Shown here: positions 36,799 to 44,960 of the stretch, piece by piece | Numbering within the stretch: position 1 is the stretch's first letter | Layout: each line of letters opens with the position of its first letter | From: a virus | Lineage: Duplodnaviria > Heunggongvirae > Uroviricota > Caudoviricetes | Direction: 5' to 3' (one strand) | Virus record (IMG/VR): IMGVR_UViG_3300025467_000526 | Location: 64,001-120,433 of that record | Length of the DNA: 56,433 nucleotides | Position numbers and translations under genes: made by a program | Notes under the pieces: model-generated | What the model was told of the DNA's origin: nothing | Seen by the model: the letters and a program-made list of their open reading frames with translations, nothing else | Database searches by the model: none

Positions 36799-37286
36799 AA
36801 AAAATCCACTACACTTGGCAACAAGTCGAAGGAGCGGTATTAGATATCGCTCGCCAAATGTCGGCACACTATTGGCGTCCCGACTATATTGTAGGTATAA
36901 CCCGCGGTGGACTTGTGCCAGCTAATTTATTAAGTCAGTATACCGGTATTCCGATGAAATCGTTAGACGTAAGTCTACGCGACGGAGGAGATTGTGTTAG
37001 TAACTGTAATATGGCCGAAGATGCTTATGAAGGTAAACGGATTCTTGTTGTTGATGACATCAATGATCAAGGATCTACTGTCGCTTGGATTAAAAAAGAT
37101 TGGCAATCTAGTTGTTTACCCGGTGAGACCCAATGGCAATATGTTTGGGGCGATACAGTTCGCTTTGCAGTTTTAACACACAACCTCAGCAGTGAATTCA
37201 AAGACCCAGACTATTATGTTTGGTCTGTAAACAAAGCAGAAGAAGACTGCTGGTTAGTTTATCCTTGGGAGGATTTTTGGTTATGA
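36795..37286 (+). CDS. Type I phosphoribosyltransferase (Gpt/Hpt-like)
   Basis: IVGITRGGLVPA, PRPP loop ILVVDDINDQGST, WLVYPWE. Confidence 0.9.
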   Translation: MKKIHYTWQQVEGAVLDIARQMSAHYWRPDYIVGITRGGLVPANLLSQYTGIPMKSLDVSLRDGGDCVSNCNMAEDAYEGKRILVVDDINDQGSTVAWIKKDWQSSCLPGETQWQYVWGDTVRFAVLTHNLSSEFKDPDYYVWSVNKAEEDCWLVYPWEDFWL

Positions 37287-37480
37287 CTATGACTTCAGCA
37301 TTAATAAAACTTACATTTGGTATTGCATTTATTGTAATTGCAGTTGTATTTGGACCCCTTGTAGGTATTTGGAGTTTGAATACTTTATTTCCAGTATTAA
37401 ATATCCCATTTACTTGGCAAACTTGGTTAGCTTTCAATGTATTATTTGGAGGCAGTCTTGCTACGAGGTTAAAGAAATGA
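37283..37480 (+). CDS. Small two-TM membrane protein
   Basis: Hydrophobic ORF, ATGA-coupled. Confidence 0.6.
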   Translation: MTMTSALIKLTFGIAFIVIAVVFGPLVGIWSLNTLFPVLNIPFTWQTWLAFNVLFGGSLATRLKK

Positions 37481-37635
37481 ATGAGTTAACTGTTTCAGAA
37501 ATTGAAGATAAGATTAAAAAAGTCGAAGAAGATTTGAGATCTGCCGATACAGAAAATGCACGTATGGCACTAACTAGCTACATTGATTATCTTCAAGATG
37601 AATTAAAAGAAGCAAAATTAAATGGACGTTACTGA
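37477..37635 (+). CDS. Small coiled-coil protein (52 aa)
   Basis: MNELTVSEIEDKIKK...; ATGA-coupled, 3' part of track ORF 37369-37635. Confidence 0.6.
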   Translation: MNELTVSEIEDKIKKVEEDLRSADTENARMALTSYIDYLQDELKEAKLNGRY

Positions 37636-37840
37636 TATCCTTTGGGAAATCAAAGTACCTTGGCAGGGTCAAAAAGAATATTGGTGGAATGAATTATGTG
37701 CCGATATTGTAGAAGTGTTTGGATTGCCCGGTGATAGATATACTAGTCATCCCCATACTAATTGTATGTTTTTTCGTTTTAAATCAAAAAAAGATTACCA
37801 TTTATGCAAAATACTTTTATCAGACAAAATTGGGATGTAA
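37622..37840 (+). CDS. Hypothetical protein (72 aa)
   Basis: Overlapping chain of small genes. Confidence 0.6.
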   Translation: MDVTDILWEIKVPWQGQKEYWWNELCADIVEVFGLPGDRYTSHPHTNCMFFRFKSKKDYHLCKILLSDKIGM

Positions 37841-38007
37841 TCACAATCCTTATTATAGCATTAACTGCCTGCATCTATACAGCATGGTATGTAACTGTAC
37901 ATCCTGCCATTACTGTAAAATATGATTGTTCAATTTCGGAAATTAGTCCTGACTATCCTATACCTGTTAAAGAAGCATGCCGTAAACTTCGAGCACAAAA
38001 TAATTGA
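37804..38007 (+). CDS. Small membrane-anchored protein
   Basis: One TM; YDCSISEISPDYP..VKEACR. Confidence 0.55.
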   Translation: MQNTFIRQNWDVITILIIALTACIYTAWYVTVHPAITVKYDCSISEISPDYPIPVKEACRKLRAQNN

Positions 38008-38035
38008 CAACGACCTAAATAAACCTATATAATAA
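38004..38035 (+). promoter_or_regulatory. Sigma70 promoter of folE-queE operon with embedded late box
   Basis: TTGACA-18 nt-TATAAT; TAAATA 38016-38021. Confidence 0.75.
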
Positions 38036-38050
38036 CACATAGGAGTAATA

Positions 38051-38821
38051 ATGACTGAATCCAGAATATACGAACACGAAAACATTCTTGCTGGCGCAGA
38101 ACAGCAAGGCGATGATGACAAAAATTATAAAGAATGTAATCTAGCAGATGTTATCCGCTTTCAAATGAAACGACGAGGCAAACGTTTTTGGGCCGGTGAC
38201 AACATTAGCGAGTTTGTCGACGAAGAACAAAAAGAAGTCTTAATCGAAGAAGCTACTAAGGCTTTTGAAAAAGTATTAGATTGTTTGCTTATTGATCGTG
38301 AAAATGATCCTAATAGCAAAGGTACAGCCAAGCGATTAGCTAAAATGTATTTCAACGAAATAATGAGTGGCAGATATGAACCAGCACCAGACGCAACAGC
38401 ATTTCCCAACGACTCGGTGGATCGATACGAAGGTATGTTGGTGGTACGTAGTGAGCTCCGCTCTATGTGCAGTCATCATCATCAGCCCGTTACTGGTGTC
38501 GCTTACATTGGCATCATCGCCGCACAAAAACTTATTGGTTTGTCTAAGTACACTCGTATTGCTCAGTGGTGTGCTCGTCGCGGGACTCTCCAGGAAGAGT
38601 TGTGTAACGATATTGCTAGGGAAATCCAAAAAGCTACAGGAGCCATGGATTTAGGTGTGTATATTCAAGCTACACATGGTTGCTGTGAGAATCGCGGTAT
38701 TATGGCCAAGAGTAGTTTAACACAGACCACAGTACTCAAAGGTGCGTTTACTAATGATGCTGGCACAAAGAAAGAATTCTTTGACAATATTAAAATGCAA
38801 CAGGAGTATGCTTCTAAATGA
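38051..38821 (+). CDS. folE: GTP cyclohydrolase I
   Basis: TAKRLAKMY, SMCSHHHQP, GLSKYTRI, LQEEL, HGCCENRG. Confidence 0.96.
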   Translation: MTESRIYEHENILAGAEQQGDDDKNYKECNLADVIRFQMKRRGKRFWAGDNISEFVDEEQKEVLIEEATKAFEKVLDCLLIDRENDPNSKGTAKRLAKMYFNEIMSGRYEPAPDATAFPNDSVDRYEGMLVVRSELRSMCSHHHQPVTGVAYIGIIAAQKLIGLSKYTRIAQWCARRGTLQEELCNDIAREIQKATGAMDLGVYIQATHGCCENRGIMAKSSLTQTTVLKGAFTNDAGTKKEFFDNIKMQQEYASK

Positions 38822-39186
38822 CTGACCTAAGAATACAAGTACCAGCTGAAGGTATTATGCAAACTAACGACTGGGGTAAGAGTAAAGTCTACCGAGTTGC
38901 CTGTGAGTGTGGTGCTTCTGAGCACGATCATCATGTATGGGTAGAAGCTGACGATCATGGCGAAGTCAGTGTTACTGTTTATACAACTGTAAGAAGCAAT
39001 TGGTGGAGCAAGGATCGCTGGCATCATATTTGGACATTGTTAACTAAAGGCTATATCGATACAGAGTCTACCCTAGTTATGCGTAAACAACAAGCATTTA
39101 ACTATGCTCATACACTATTAAGTGCTGTTGAAGATGTTGAAAAATTCAAAGAGGAACGAGATGCAGAACGCCAAACAAATAACTGA
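38818..39186 (+). CDS. Hypothetical protein (CECG..H..H)
   Basis: ATGA-coupled; possible zinc site. Confidence 0.7.
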   Translation: MTDLRIQVPAEGIMQTNDWGKSKVYRVACECGASEHDHHVWVEADDHGEVSVTVYTTVRSNWWSKDRWHHIWTLLTKGYIDTESTLVMRKQQAFNYAHTLLSAVEDVEKFKEERDAERQTNN

Positions 39187-39391
39187 TGAATTAATTCACC
39201 GTATGAAAACTACAGACCTAAATAAGTTTGAGATCAAACGTGAAGTCGGTGACAATTGGATTCCTAATGGAACTGTTCCTTTTGATATTAGTGCTAGTAA
39301 AGGTATCGCTACATTTACAGTATGGGCAGAAAGTATACAAGATGCAGAAGATCAAGTAAGTCAATATTTAGAGAAAGATGAAGATGAGTAA
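39161..39391 (+). CDS. Hypothetical protein
   Basis: GAGG SD before ATG 39161. Confidence 0.6.
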   Translation: MQNAKQITDELIHRMKTTDLNKFEIKREVGDNWIPNGTVPFDISASKGIATFTVWAESIQDAEDQVSQYLEKDEDE

Positions 39392-40229
39392 AATTAAAAT
39401 TGCAGAATTATTTTATAGTGTACAGGGCGAGGGTAGATATATGGGAGTACCTAGCGTGTTCCTTAGAACTTTTGGCTGCAATTTTTCTTGTAAGGGCTTC
39501 GGTATGCCACGTGGTGAGTTAAGTACGGAAGCAGAAGATATTTCAGAAGTAGTACATTTATATAACAAGTATGAAGAACTTCCGTTAGTTTCTACTGGTT
39601 GCGATAGTTATGCTAGCTGGCATCCTAGTTTTAAAGATCTAAGTCCAATGCTTACTAGTGAAGCTATCACAGATCGTATTATGGAAATTATTCCACATGG
39701 TGAATGGCACGACGAGCATTTAGTTATTACAGGCGGTGAACCTTTACTAGGTTGGCAACGTGCTTATCCAGACTTATTGAACAATCCTAAAATGAAGGCA
39801 TTAAAAGAGATCACGTTTGAAACAAACGGTACTCAGAAACTTACGCCAGAGTTTAAAGGATACTTGACTAAATGGAATAGTGAAGTAGGTAAAGAACTTA
39901 CATTCAGTGTAAGTGCTAAACTTCCGGCTAGTGGTGAAAAGTGGGAGGAAGCTATTCTCCCAGAAGTTGTTTGTGAATATGAACAAGTTGGAACAACGTA
40001 TTTGAAATTTGTAGTAGCAACAGAAGAGGATGTTAAAGATGCAGAACGAGCAGTTAAACAATTTAGAGAAGCGGGTTTTAAAGGTCACGTATATCTTATG
40101 CCTGTCGGTGGTGTTGAGTCTGTTTATAATCTCAATGCTAAAGCCATTGCCCTTGCCGCAATGAAGCGTGGCTGGCGTTATAGCGATAGATTGCAAGTTC
40201 CATTATTTAAAAACGAATGGGGTACCTAA
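39378..40229 (+). CDS. queE: 7-carboxy-7-deazaguanine synthase (radical SAM)
   Basis: ELFYSVQGEG, FLRTFGCNFSC...CDS (CX3CX36C), VITGGEPLL, ETNGT, KFVV, YLMP, RLQV. Confidence 0.92.
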   Translation: MKMSKIKIAELFYSVQGEGRYMGVPSVFLRTFGCNFSCKGFGMPRGELSTEAEDISEVVHLYNKYEELPLVSTGCDSYASWHPSFKDLSPMLTSEAITDRIMEIIPHGEWHDEHLVITGGEPLLGWQRAYPDLLNNPKMKALKEITFETNGTQKLTPEFKGYLTKWNSEVGKELTFSVSAKLPASGEKWEEAILPEVVCEYEQVGTTYLKFVVATEEDVKDAERAVKQFREAGFKGHVYLMPVGGVESVYNLNAKAIALAAMKRGWRYSDRLQVPLFKNEWGT

Positions 40230-40369
40230 TGTTAGAGATGATTGTTGCATTACTTTTAGTAGCAGTTTTAATAGGAGTGATTATGATTAATACTCCTAAA
40301 AATAATACGGCATGTACTGGTAATTGCCGACAAGGTAGACTTTGTGATTGTAAGGATAAAAATGATTAA
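40229..40369 (+). CDS. Small TM protein with Cys cluster (46 aa; not in ORF track)
   Basis: TAATG-coupled to queE; MLEMIVALLLVAVLIGVIMINTPKNNTACTGNCRQGRLCDCKDKND; stop overlaps next ATG. Confidence 0.7.
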   Translation: MLEMIVALLLVAVLIGVIMINTPKNNTACTGNCRQGRLCDCKDKND

Positions 40370-40790
40370 ACTATTAAAAAAATGGATGGGAATTGATAAG
40401 TTAGAAGCAAACTTAGAAAATCTTAAAAAACAAGAAGCCGATGCTATTGCATCAACAGCTACAGCTCAACAAGCTGAACAAAAAGCAAAGATGACTCCAA
40501 AAGAACGTGCCACTGCCAAAGGTGAGCCGTGGGTAGCTGTTTTGGACACCCATGTTAATAAAGATAATATTAGAAATGGATTCTTTGAGCTTGACTGGAA
40601 CCCAGAATTTATTGTACAATTAAAGCAAGAGGGCTACGGATTTGAAGGTGATCCAGAAGAGGAAATTGTGGATCGTTGGTTCCGAGATTTGGCAAGAAAC
40701 ATGTTAGCCGAAGAAGGACAAGACACAAGTCGTGGCATGGGTTATATTAACGTAAGTAAATTGCCTAATGGCAGAGCACAAATAGAATGA
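40362..40790 (+). CDS. Conserved jumbo-phage protein
   Basis: GEPWVAVL, GFFELDWN, EEIVDRWF. Confidence 0.75.
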   Translation: MIKLLKKWMGIDKLEANLENLKKQEADAIASTATAQQAEQKAKMTPKERATAKGEPWVAVLDTHVNKDNIRNGFFELDWNPEFIVQLKQEGYGFEGDPEEEIVDRWFRDLARNMLAEEGQDTSRGMGYINVSKLPNGRAQIE

Positions 40791-41782
40791 CATACATTAT
40801 AGTAGATACTGCTAACACTTTCTTTCGTGCTAGACACGTTGTTCAAGGCAGTGCCGATATCAAACTTGGCATGGCCTTTCATATTACACTCAACAGTATC
40901 AAAAAAGCATGGCAAGATTTTAACGGTAGTCATATTGTTTTCTGCCTCGAAGGTCGCTCGTGGCGTAAGGACTACTACAAGCCTTACAAAGCAAATAGGC
41001 AAGAAACTCGTGCGGCTATGACGCAGAAAGAACAAGATGAAGACAAGTTATTCTGGGAAGCATTTGACGAGTTTAAAAATTTCATTACAGAAAAGACCAA
41101 TGCTACTGTAATGCAACATCCTAATCTAGAAGCTGACGATTTAATTGCTGGTTGGATACAGGCGCATCCAGATGCAAAACACGTTATTGTTTCAACAGAT
41201 GGAGATTTTGCACAACTTATCGGTCCTAATGTAAGTCAGTACAACGGTGTAGGTGATTTACATATTACACACGAAGGAACATTCGATGCCAAAGGTAAAC
41301 CCGTTAAAGACAAAAAGACAGGCGAGCCTAAACCAGCACAAGACCCAGAGTGGATGCTGTTCGAAAAATGCATGCGTGGTGATACCAGTGATAATGTCTT
41401 CTCGGCGTATCCAGGTGTGCGTACTAAAGGTTCTAAAAACAAAGTTGGTCTTACTGAAGCGTTCGAAGACCGTAAAAGCAAAGGATTTGCGTGGAACAAT
41501 CTCATGCTTCAGAGATGGGTTGACCACAATGGAGTCGAACACAGAGTTTTAGAAGATTATCATCGTAATGTTCAATTATGCGATCTTACAGCACAACCAG
41601 AAGATATTAAAGTTAAAATTAGAGAAACTATCGAAGCTAATGCAAAACCTAAAACAGTAGATCAGGTTGGTATCCGTATGCTAAAATTCTGCAATGCATG
41701 GGATATGAAGAAAATTGCAGACAACATTCAGCAGTATGCAGAACCGTTCCAAGCAAAGTATCCAGAAAAGGAAACAGTATAA
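40787..41782 (+). CDS. 5'-3' exonuclease / flap endonuclease (T4 RNase H-like)
   Basis: IVDTAN, EGRSWRK...YKANR, LEADDLIA, STDGDF, GDTSDNV. Confidence 0.93.
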   Translation: MTYIIVDTANTFFRARHVVQGSADIKLGMAFHITLNSIKKAWQDFNGSHIVFCLEGRSWRKDYYKPYKANRQETRAAMTQKEQDEDKLFWEAFDEFKNFITEKTNATVMQHPNLEADDLIAGWIQAHPDAKHVIVSTDGDFAQLIGPNVSQYNGVGDLHITHEGTFDAKGKPVKDKKTGEPKPAQDPEWMLFEKCMRGDTSDNVFSAYPGVRTKGSKNKVGLTEAFEDRKSKGFAWNNLMLQRWVDHNGVEHRVLEDYHRNVQLCDLTAQPEDIKVKIRETIEANAKPKTVDQVGIRMLKFCNAWDMKKIADNIQQYAEPFQAKYPEKETV

Positions 41783-42699
41783 TGGCAACTAGAGAAGAAA
41801 AACAAGAATTGATGGAAATTCTTAAATTTACACCACGTACTTATAAAATCTCAATGTGGGGTTACGGTGGTGAAAAAGTCATGGGTACCGTAGATCGAAA
41901 GATTTATGATTACTTTAAACAACGTAGGCTTGATCTAAGCGACTATTGCTGGAACAGTGACTATGCAGAAGATCATAACATTCCTGAAGACATGCAACCT
42001 TTTCCTTCTGGTAGCTGGTACGAAGGCGACGGCATGGGTCATGCAGGTGGAGTAAGTCGTAGTGCTGGCACACTACAGATTGAAGACGAAAACGGTAATA
42101 CTGTCTTTGAACGCAGTTTAGAAGATATGGACGGCGGCAGCGATGACAGTGTAGAATGGGAATGTAACGATGAAGTCTGGATTGGTAGTCAACCTGACGG
42201 TACTGTGGTATTCCTTGGTAACTCAAATGAAAAAGGTACATTCTTTGAAGCAGACTTAGAATTAAAAATGCCTTTTGATATTACTAAATTAACACTAGGC
42301 TACGATGAAATTGACGGTGAAGAAATTGTTAATGCTGTAAAATACGATGGCGAGGATATTGACAACTGGGGCGGCAGTACTGATGGCAAAAGTAGTGACT
42401 TTGGTTTCTATATTGCCGGCAGTAAAGATGCTACGGGCAAGTGGGAAAAGTACACCAACATGGATGATATTGAATATCCCATGACCGAATGGTTCCCTAA
42501 AAAGAGCAAACCTGTCCGTGTAGGCAATTACATGATTAAAACCGCAGGTAAAAAGTCCTGGACTCATCGAGGGCTTTGGACTGGTACAAAATGGGTAAGC
42601 TCATGGACCGAAGAATCAGAATTTGACACAGCAGAAGAAATCAAAATTAAAGAATGGCAAGGACTTGCCATTGATCCAGATGCAGAGGCATCGGTATAA
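41782..42699 (+). CDS. Acidic hypothetical protein with Trp-rich C-terminal module
   Basis: TAATG-coupled; D/E-rich body. Confidence 0.75.
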   Translation: MATREEKQELMEILKFTPRTYKISMWGYGGEKVMGTVDRKIYDYFKQRRLDLSDYCWNSDYAEDHNIPEDMQPFPSGSWYEGDGMGHAGGVSRSAGTLQIEDENGNTVFERSLEDMDGGSDDSVEWECNDEVWIGSQPDGTVVFLGNSNEKGTFFEADLELKMPFDITKLTLGYDEIDGEEIVNAVKYDGEDIDNWGGSTDGKSSDFGFYIAGSKDATGKWEKYTNMDDIEYPMTEWFPKKSKPVRVGNYMIKTAGKKSWTHRGLWTGTKWVSSWTEESEFDTAEEIKIKEWQGLAIDPDAEASV

Positions 42700-43436
42700 T
42701 GTTATTTTTCTTTAAACCATCTGTTATTACTGTAGATTGTTTCTGTAATGATGAAATTATTTTTAGTAATTTCAAACCTGACAGGGCAAATAAATTTGTC
42801 CCTGAATATTGGAAATCTTTACCAGCTTATTTAGAACAATCTGTAAGAGGTAATAATTCCGATAGTCAGTTAAAAATACAAGTAGGAACATTGAAAAAAT
42901 GTAACGGCTTTACTGACTTGTTTAGTAACGGATTTATTATTCCTAGTTGGGGTGATTTTCAAATAGAAGTATTAAAAGATGGTAAGTTTATAGTTGCAGG
43001 GCATCAAACTACAGAACCAAATGTTAGAGTATCCAACCATAGTAAGCTACAATATGGATACGAACTTTATAAAAACTCAGGACATGTTAAAATAGAAAGT
43101 CCTTGGTTTTTAAAAGAAAAGACAGGTGTTAAATTTGTTTGGAATGGGTGCAGTTGGCATAATACAGATAATTTAGAAAATTTCTATGTTCTGTCAGCAA
43201 TCGTAGACTACAAATATCAGGCAGGAACTAATATCAATGCATTCCAGCGTAAGAATACTATAGTAAAATTCAATGCCGGCGATCCGTTGGTACATGTTAT
43301 TCCTATGAGTGAAAAGAAACTTAAAATGAAACATCATCTAGTTAGTAGAGATGAATATGAAAAAATGTTGACTAAAGAACAGTCAACCGTACATTATCAC
43401 AATGCAAGAGAATTAAGAGCTAAATGTCCAATCTAA
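42699..43436 (+). CDS. Hypothetical beta-rich protein
   Basis: KKCNGF, GFIIPSW, KIESPW, GDPLVHVIP pattern typical of aquatic phage proteins. Confidence 0.7.
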   Translation: MLFFFKPSVITVDCFCNDEIIFSNFKPDRANKFVPEYWKSLPAYLEQSVRGNNSDSQLKIQVGTLKKCNGFTDLFSNGFIIPSWGDFQIEVLKDGKFIVAGHQTTEPNVRVSNHSKLQYGYELYKNSGHVKIESPWFLKEKTGVKFVWNGCSWHNTDNLENFYVLSAIVDYKYQAGTNINAFQRKNTIVKFNAGDPLVHVIPMSEKKLKMKHHLVSRDEYEKMLTKEQSTVHYHNARELRAKCPI

Positions 43437-43927
43437 GGAAAAATATGATGACAGAGATACACGCAAAACCAATTGTAGATGGAAAATTTTGGATCGTTGA
43501 ACAAGACGGAACTAAAATTGCTACACTACATAAAAAAGAAAACAATAAATTTGTCTTGAGTAGTACTAAAGGCGAAGTGATGTTTAATAAAAAAGATGAT
43601 TTGACTAAACAATTCGGTACTGAGTTCTTCTTGTCTAGTACCAAAGTTAAAGTTACAGCATCAGACGTACACGAGTGTCATGGTTATCCTACTAGTGTTA
43701 AACCTTACAATGCCATGTACGATATAAGACATAAACTACCATTATTCACTAAAAGCAATGCTAGTAAAAGTTTGTATTGTGCAGGTTATTACACAATTCA
43801 ATTTAACAAAGGTTGGGTCAAATCATTTTGTCCTAAACTAATTACATTAGAACGTAATCCTTATAAAGGTCCGTTTAAAACTGAATTTGAAATGAAACAG
43901 GTGCTTGCTAATGCAAAATCAGATTAA
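43424..43927 (+). CDS. Conserved hypothetical protein
   Basis: ORF; YCAGYY, FCPKLITL. Confidence 0.7.
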   Translation: MSNLRKNMMTEIHAKPIVDGKFWIVEQDGTKIATLHKKENNKFVLSSTKGEVMFNKKDDLTKQFGTEFFLSSTKVKVTASDVHECHGYPTSVKPYNAMYDIRHKLPLFTKSNASKSLYCAGYYTIQFNKGWVKSFCPKLITLERNPYKGPFKTEFEMKQVLANAKSD

Positions 43928-44156
43928 TTTAACTCCCATTACACAATTTATTCAGGTACTCCGTAGTGCAGAACTTGCTCAACAAAAAGAAATAAAAATA
44001 CCTATTCAAACTGCCAGGTTGCTAAGTTTGGCACTTAATGAAATACAAGATAAGTTACTGCAAGATTACGAAAGTATGTATAATACGCTTAAACGTAGTC
44101 AAGAAACCGAAATTGTACAAGTTCAACTAGATGGTGGTGGGTTCGAAGACAAATAA
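43905..44156 (+). CDS. Hypothetical protein
   Basis: ORF in overlapping chain. Confidence 0.65.
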   Translation: MLMQNQINLTPITQFIQVLRSAELAQQKEIKIPIQTARLLSLALNEIQDKLLQDYESMYNTLKRSQETEIVQVQLDGGGFEDK

Positions 44157-44157
44157 G

Positions 44158-44165
44158 TATAAATA
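44158..44165 (+). promoter_or_regulatory. T4-type late promoter
   Basis: Exact TATAAATA in intergenic gap. Confidence 0.65.
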
Positions 44166-44191
44166 TACGTAGTTAATTGGATACGTATATT

Positions 44192-44476
44192 ATGTCAAGA
44201 CCTAAACCACGAATACTGTTAGATTACACTAACAAAAAAACTTATAAGACAGAGCAGGTTTTAGAAGCTGACGCCATTTGGGCTGTATTCTATAAAAACG
44301 AGCCTTTCAATTTGAAAAGTTTTAATAGCCTTACAAGTTATCCAGGACCAAAATATAAAAAAGTTTCATTCAGTAATCCTGGACATGCACGTAACTTGGC
44401 AAAAAAACTAAACGCAATTTTTGGTGTCGATGATTTCGAAGTTGTCAAGCTAACACAAGGTACTGTTGTAAAATGA
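44192..44476 (+). CDS. Conserved hypothetical protein
   Basis: MSRPKP, YPGPKYKKVSFSNPGHA. Confidence 0.7.
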   Translation: MSRPKPRILLDYTNKKTYKTEQVLEADAIWAVFYKNEPFNLKSFNSLTSYPGPKYKKVSFSNPGHARNLAKKLNAIFGVDDFEVVKLTQGTVVK

Positions 44477-44880
44477 TAACAAGAGATGCCCTTACAAAGA
44501 TTTTTTTACAGCAATGGGGCAAAAGTACAGACGATGTAAATTTTAAAATTTATAGTCGTAAATGGTGGCAAAGTAATCGAGCCGGTAAACAAACTGCATT
44601 TCGACTAACCGACGAAGGTTATGAGTTTTTGATAAAAGAATTGGAATTGAAAGACTACGAAATTCCATTTACCGAACCAATTGAACTTAGTCCTCAAACT
44701 ATTGTATTTTTGGAAAGGTATGTAGACTGTCCTTACTACCTTACCAATATGTCAATTACAGTATTTTCCGAACGCAAAAGTTTTGAACTGTATTTGTTCT
44801 CAGATGACATACGCAAATTTGGACTAATTAAGGCTATGAATGAGCGTGAAAAAGAACTAGCAACGCCTAAAGACAGTTGA
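44473..44880 (+). CDS. Conserved hypothetical protein
   Basis: ATGA-coupled. Confidence 0.7.
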   Translation: MITRDALTKIFLQQWGKSTDDVNFKIYSRKWWQSNRAGKQTAFRLTDEGYEFLIKELELKDYEIPFTEPIELSPQTIVFLERYVDCPYYLTNMSITVFSERKSFELYLFSDDIRKFGLIKAMNEREKELATPKDS

Positions 44881-44905
44881 CACATCCTGCTTCCTAACGT
44901 ATAAT
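44877..44905 (+). promoter_or_regulatory. Consensus sigma70 promoter of AAA ATPase
   Basis: TTGACA-17 nt-TATAAT. Confidence 0.9.
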
Positions 44906-44960
44906 ACATACATACAGCGTTAATTCAACAACACTTTTTTTAATTAAGATAGGAAGCAAA

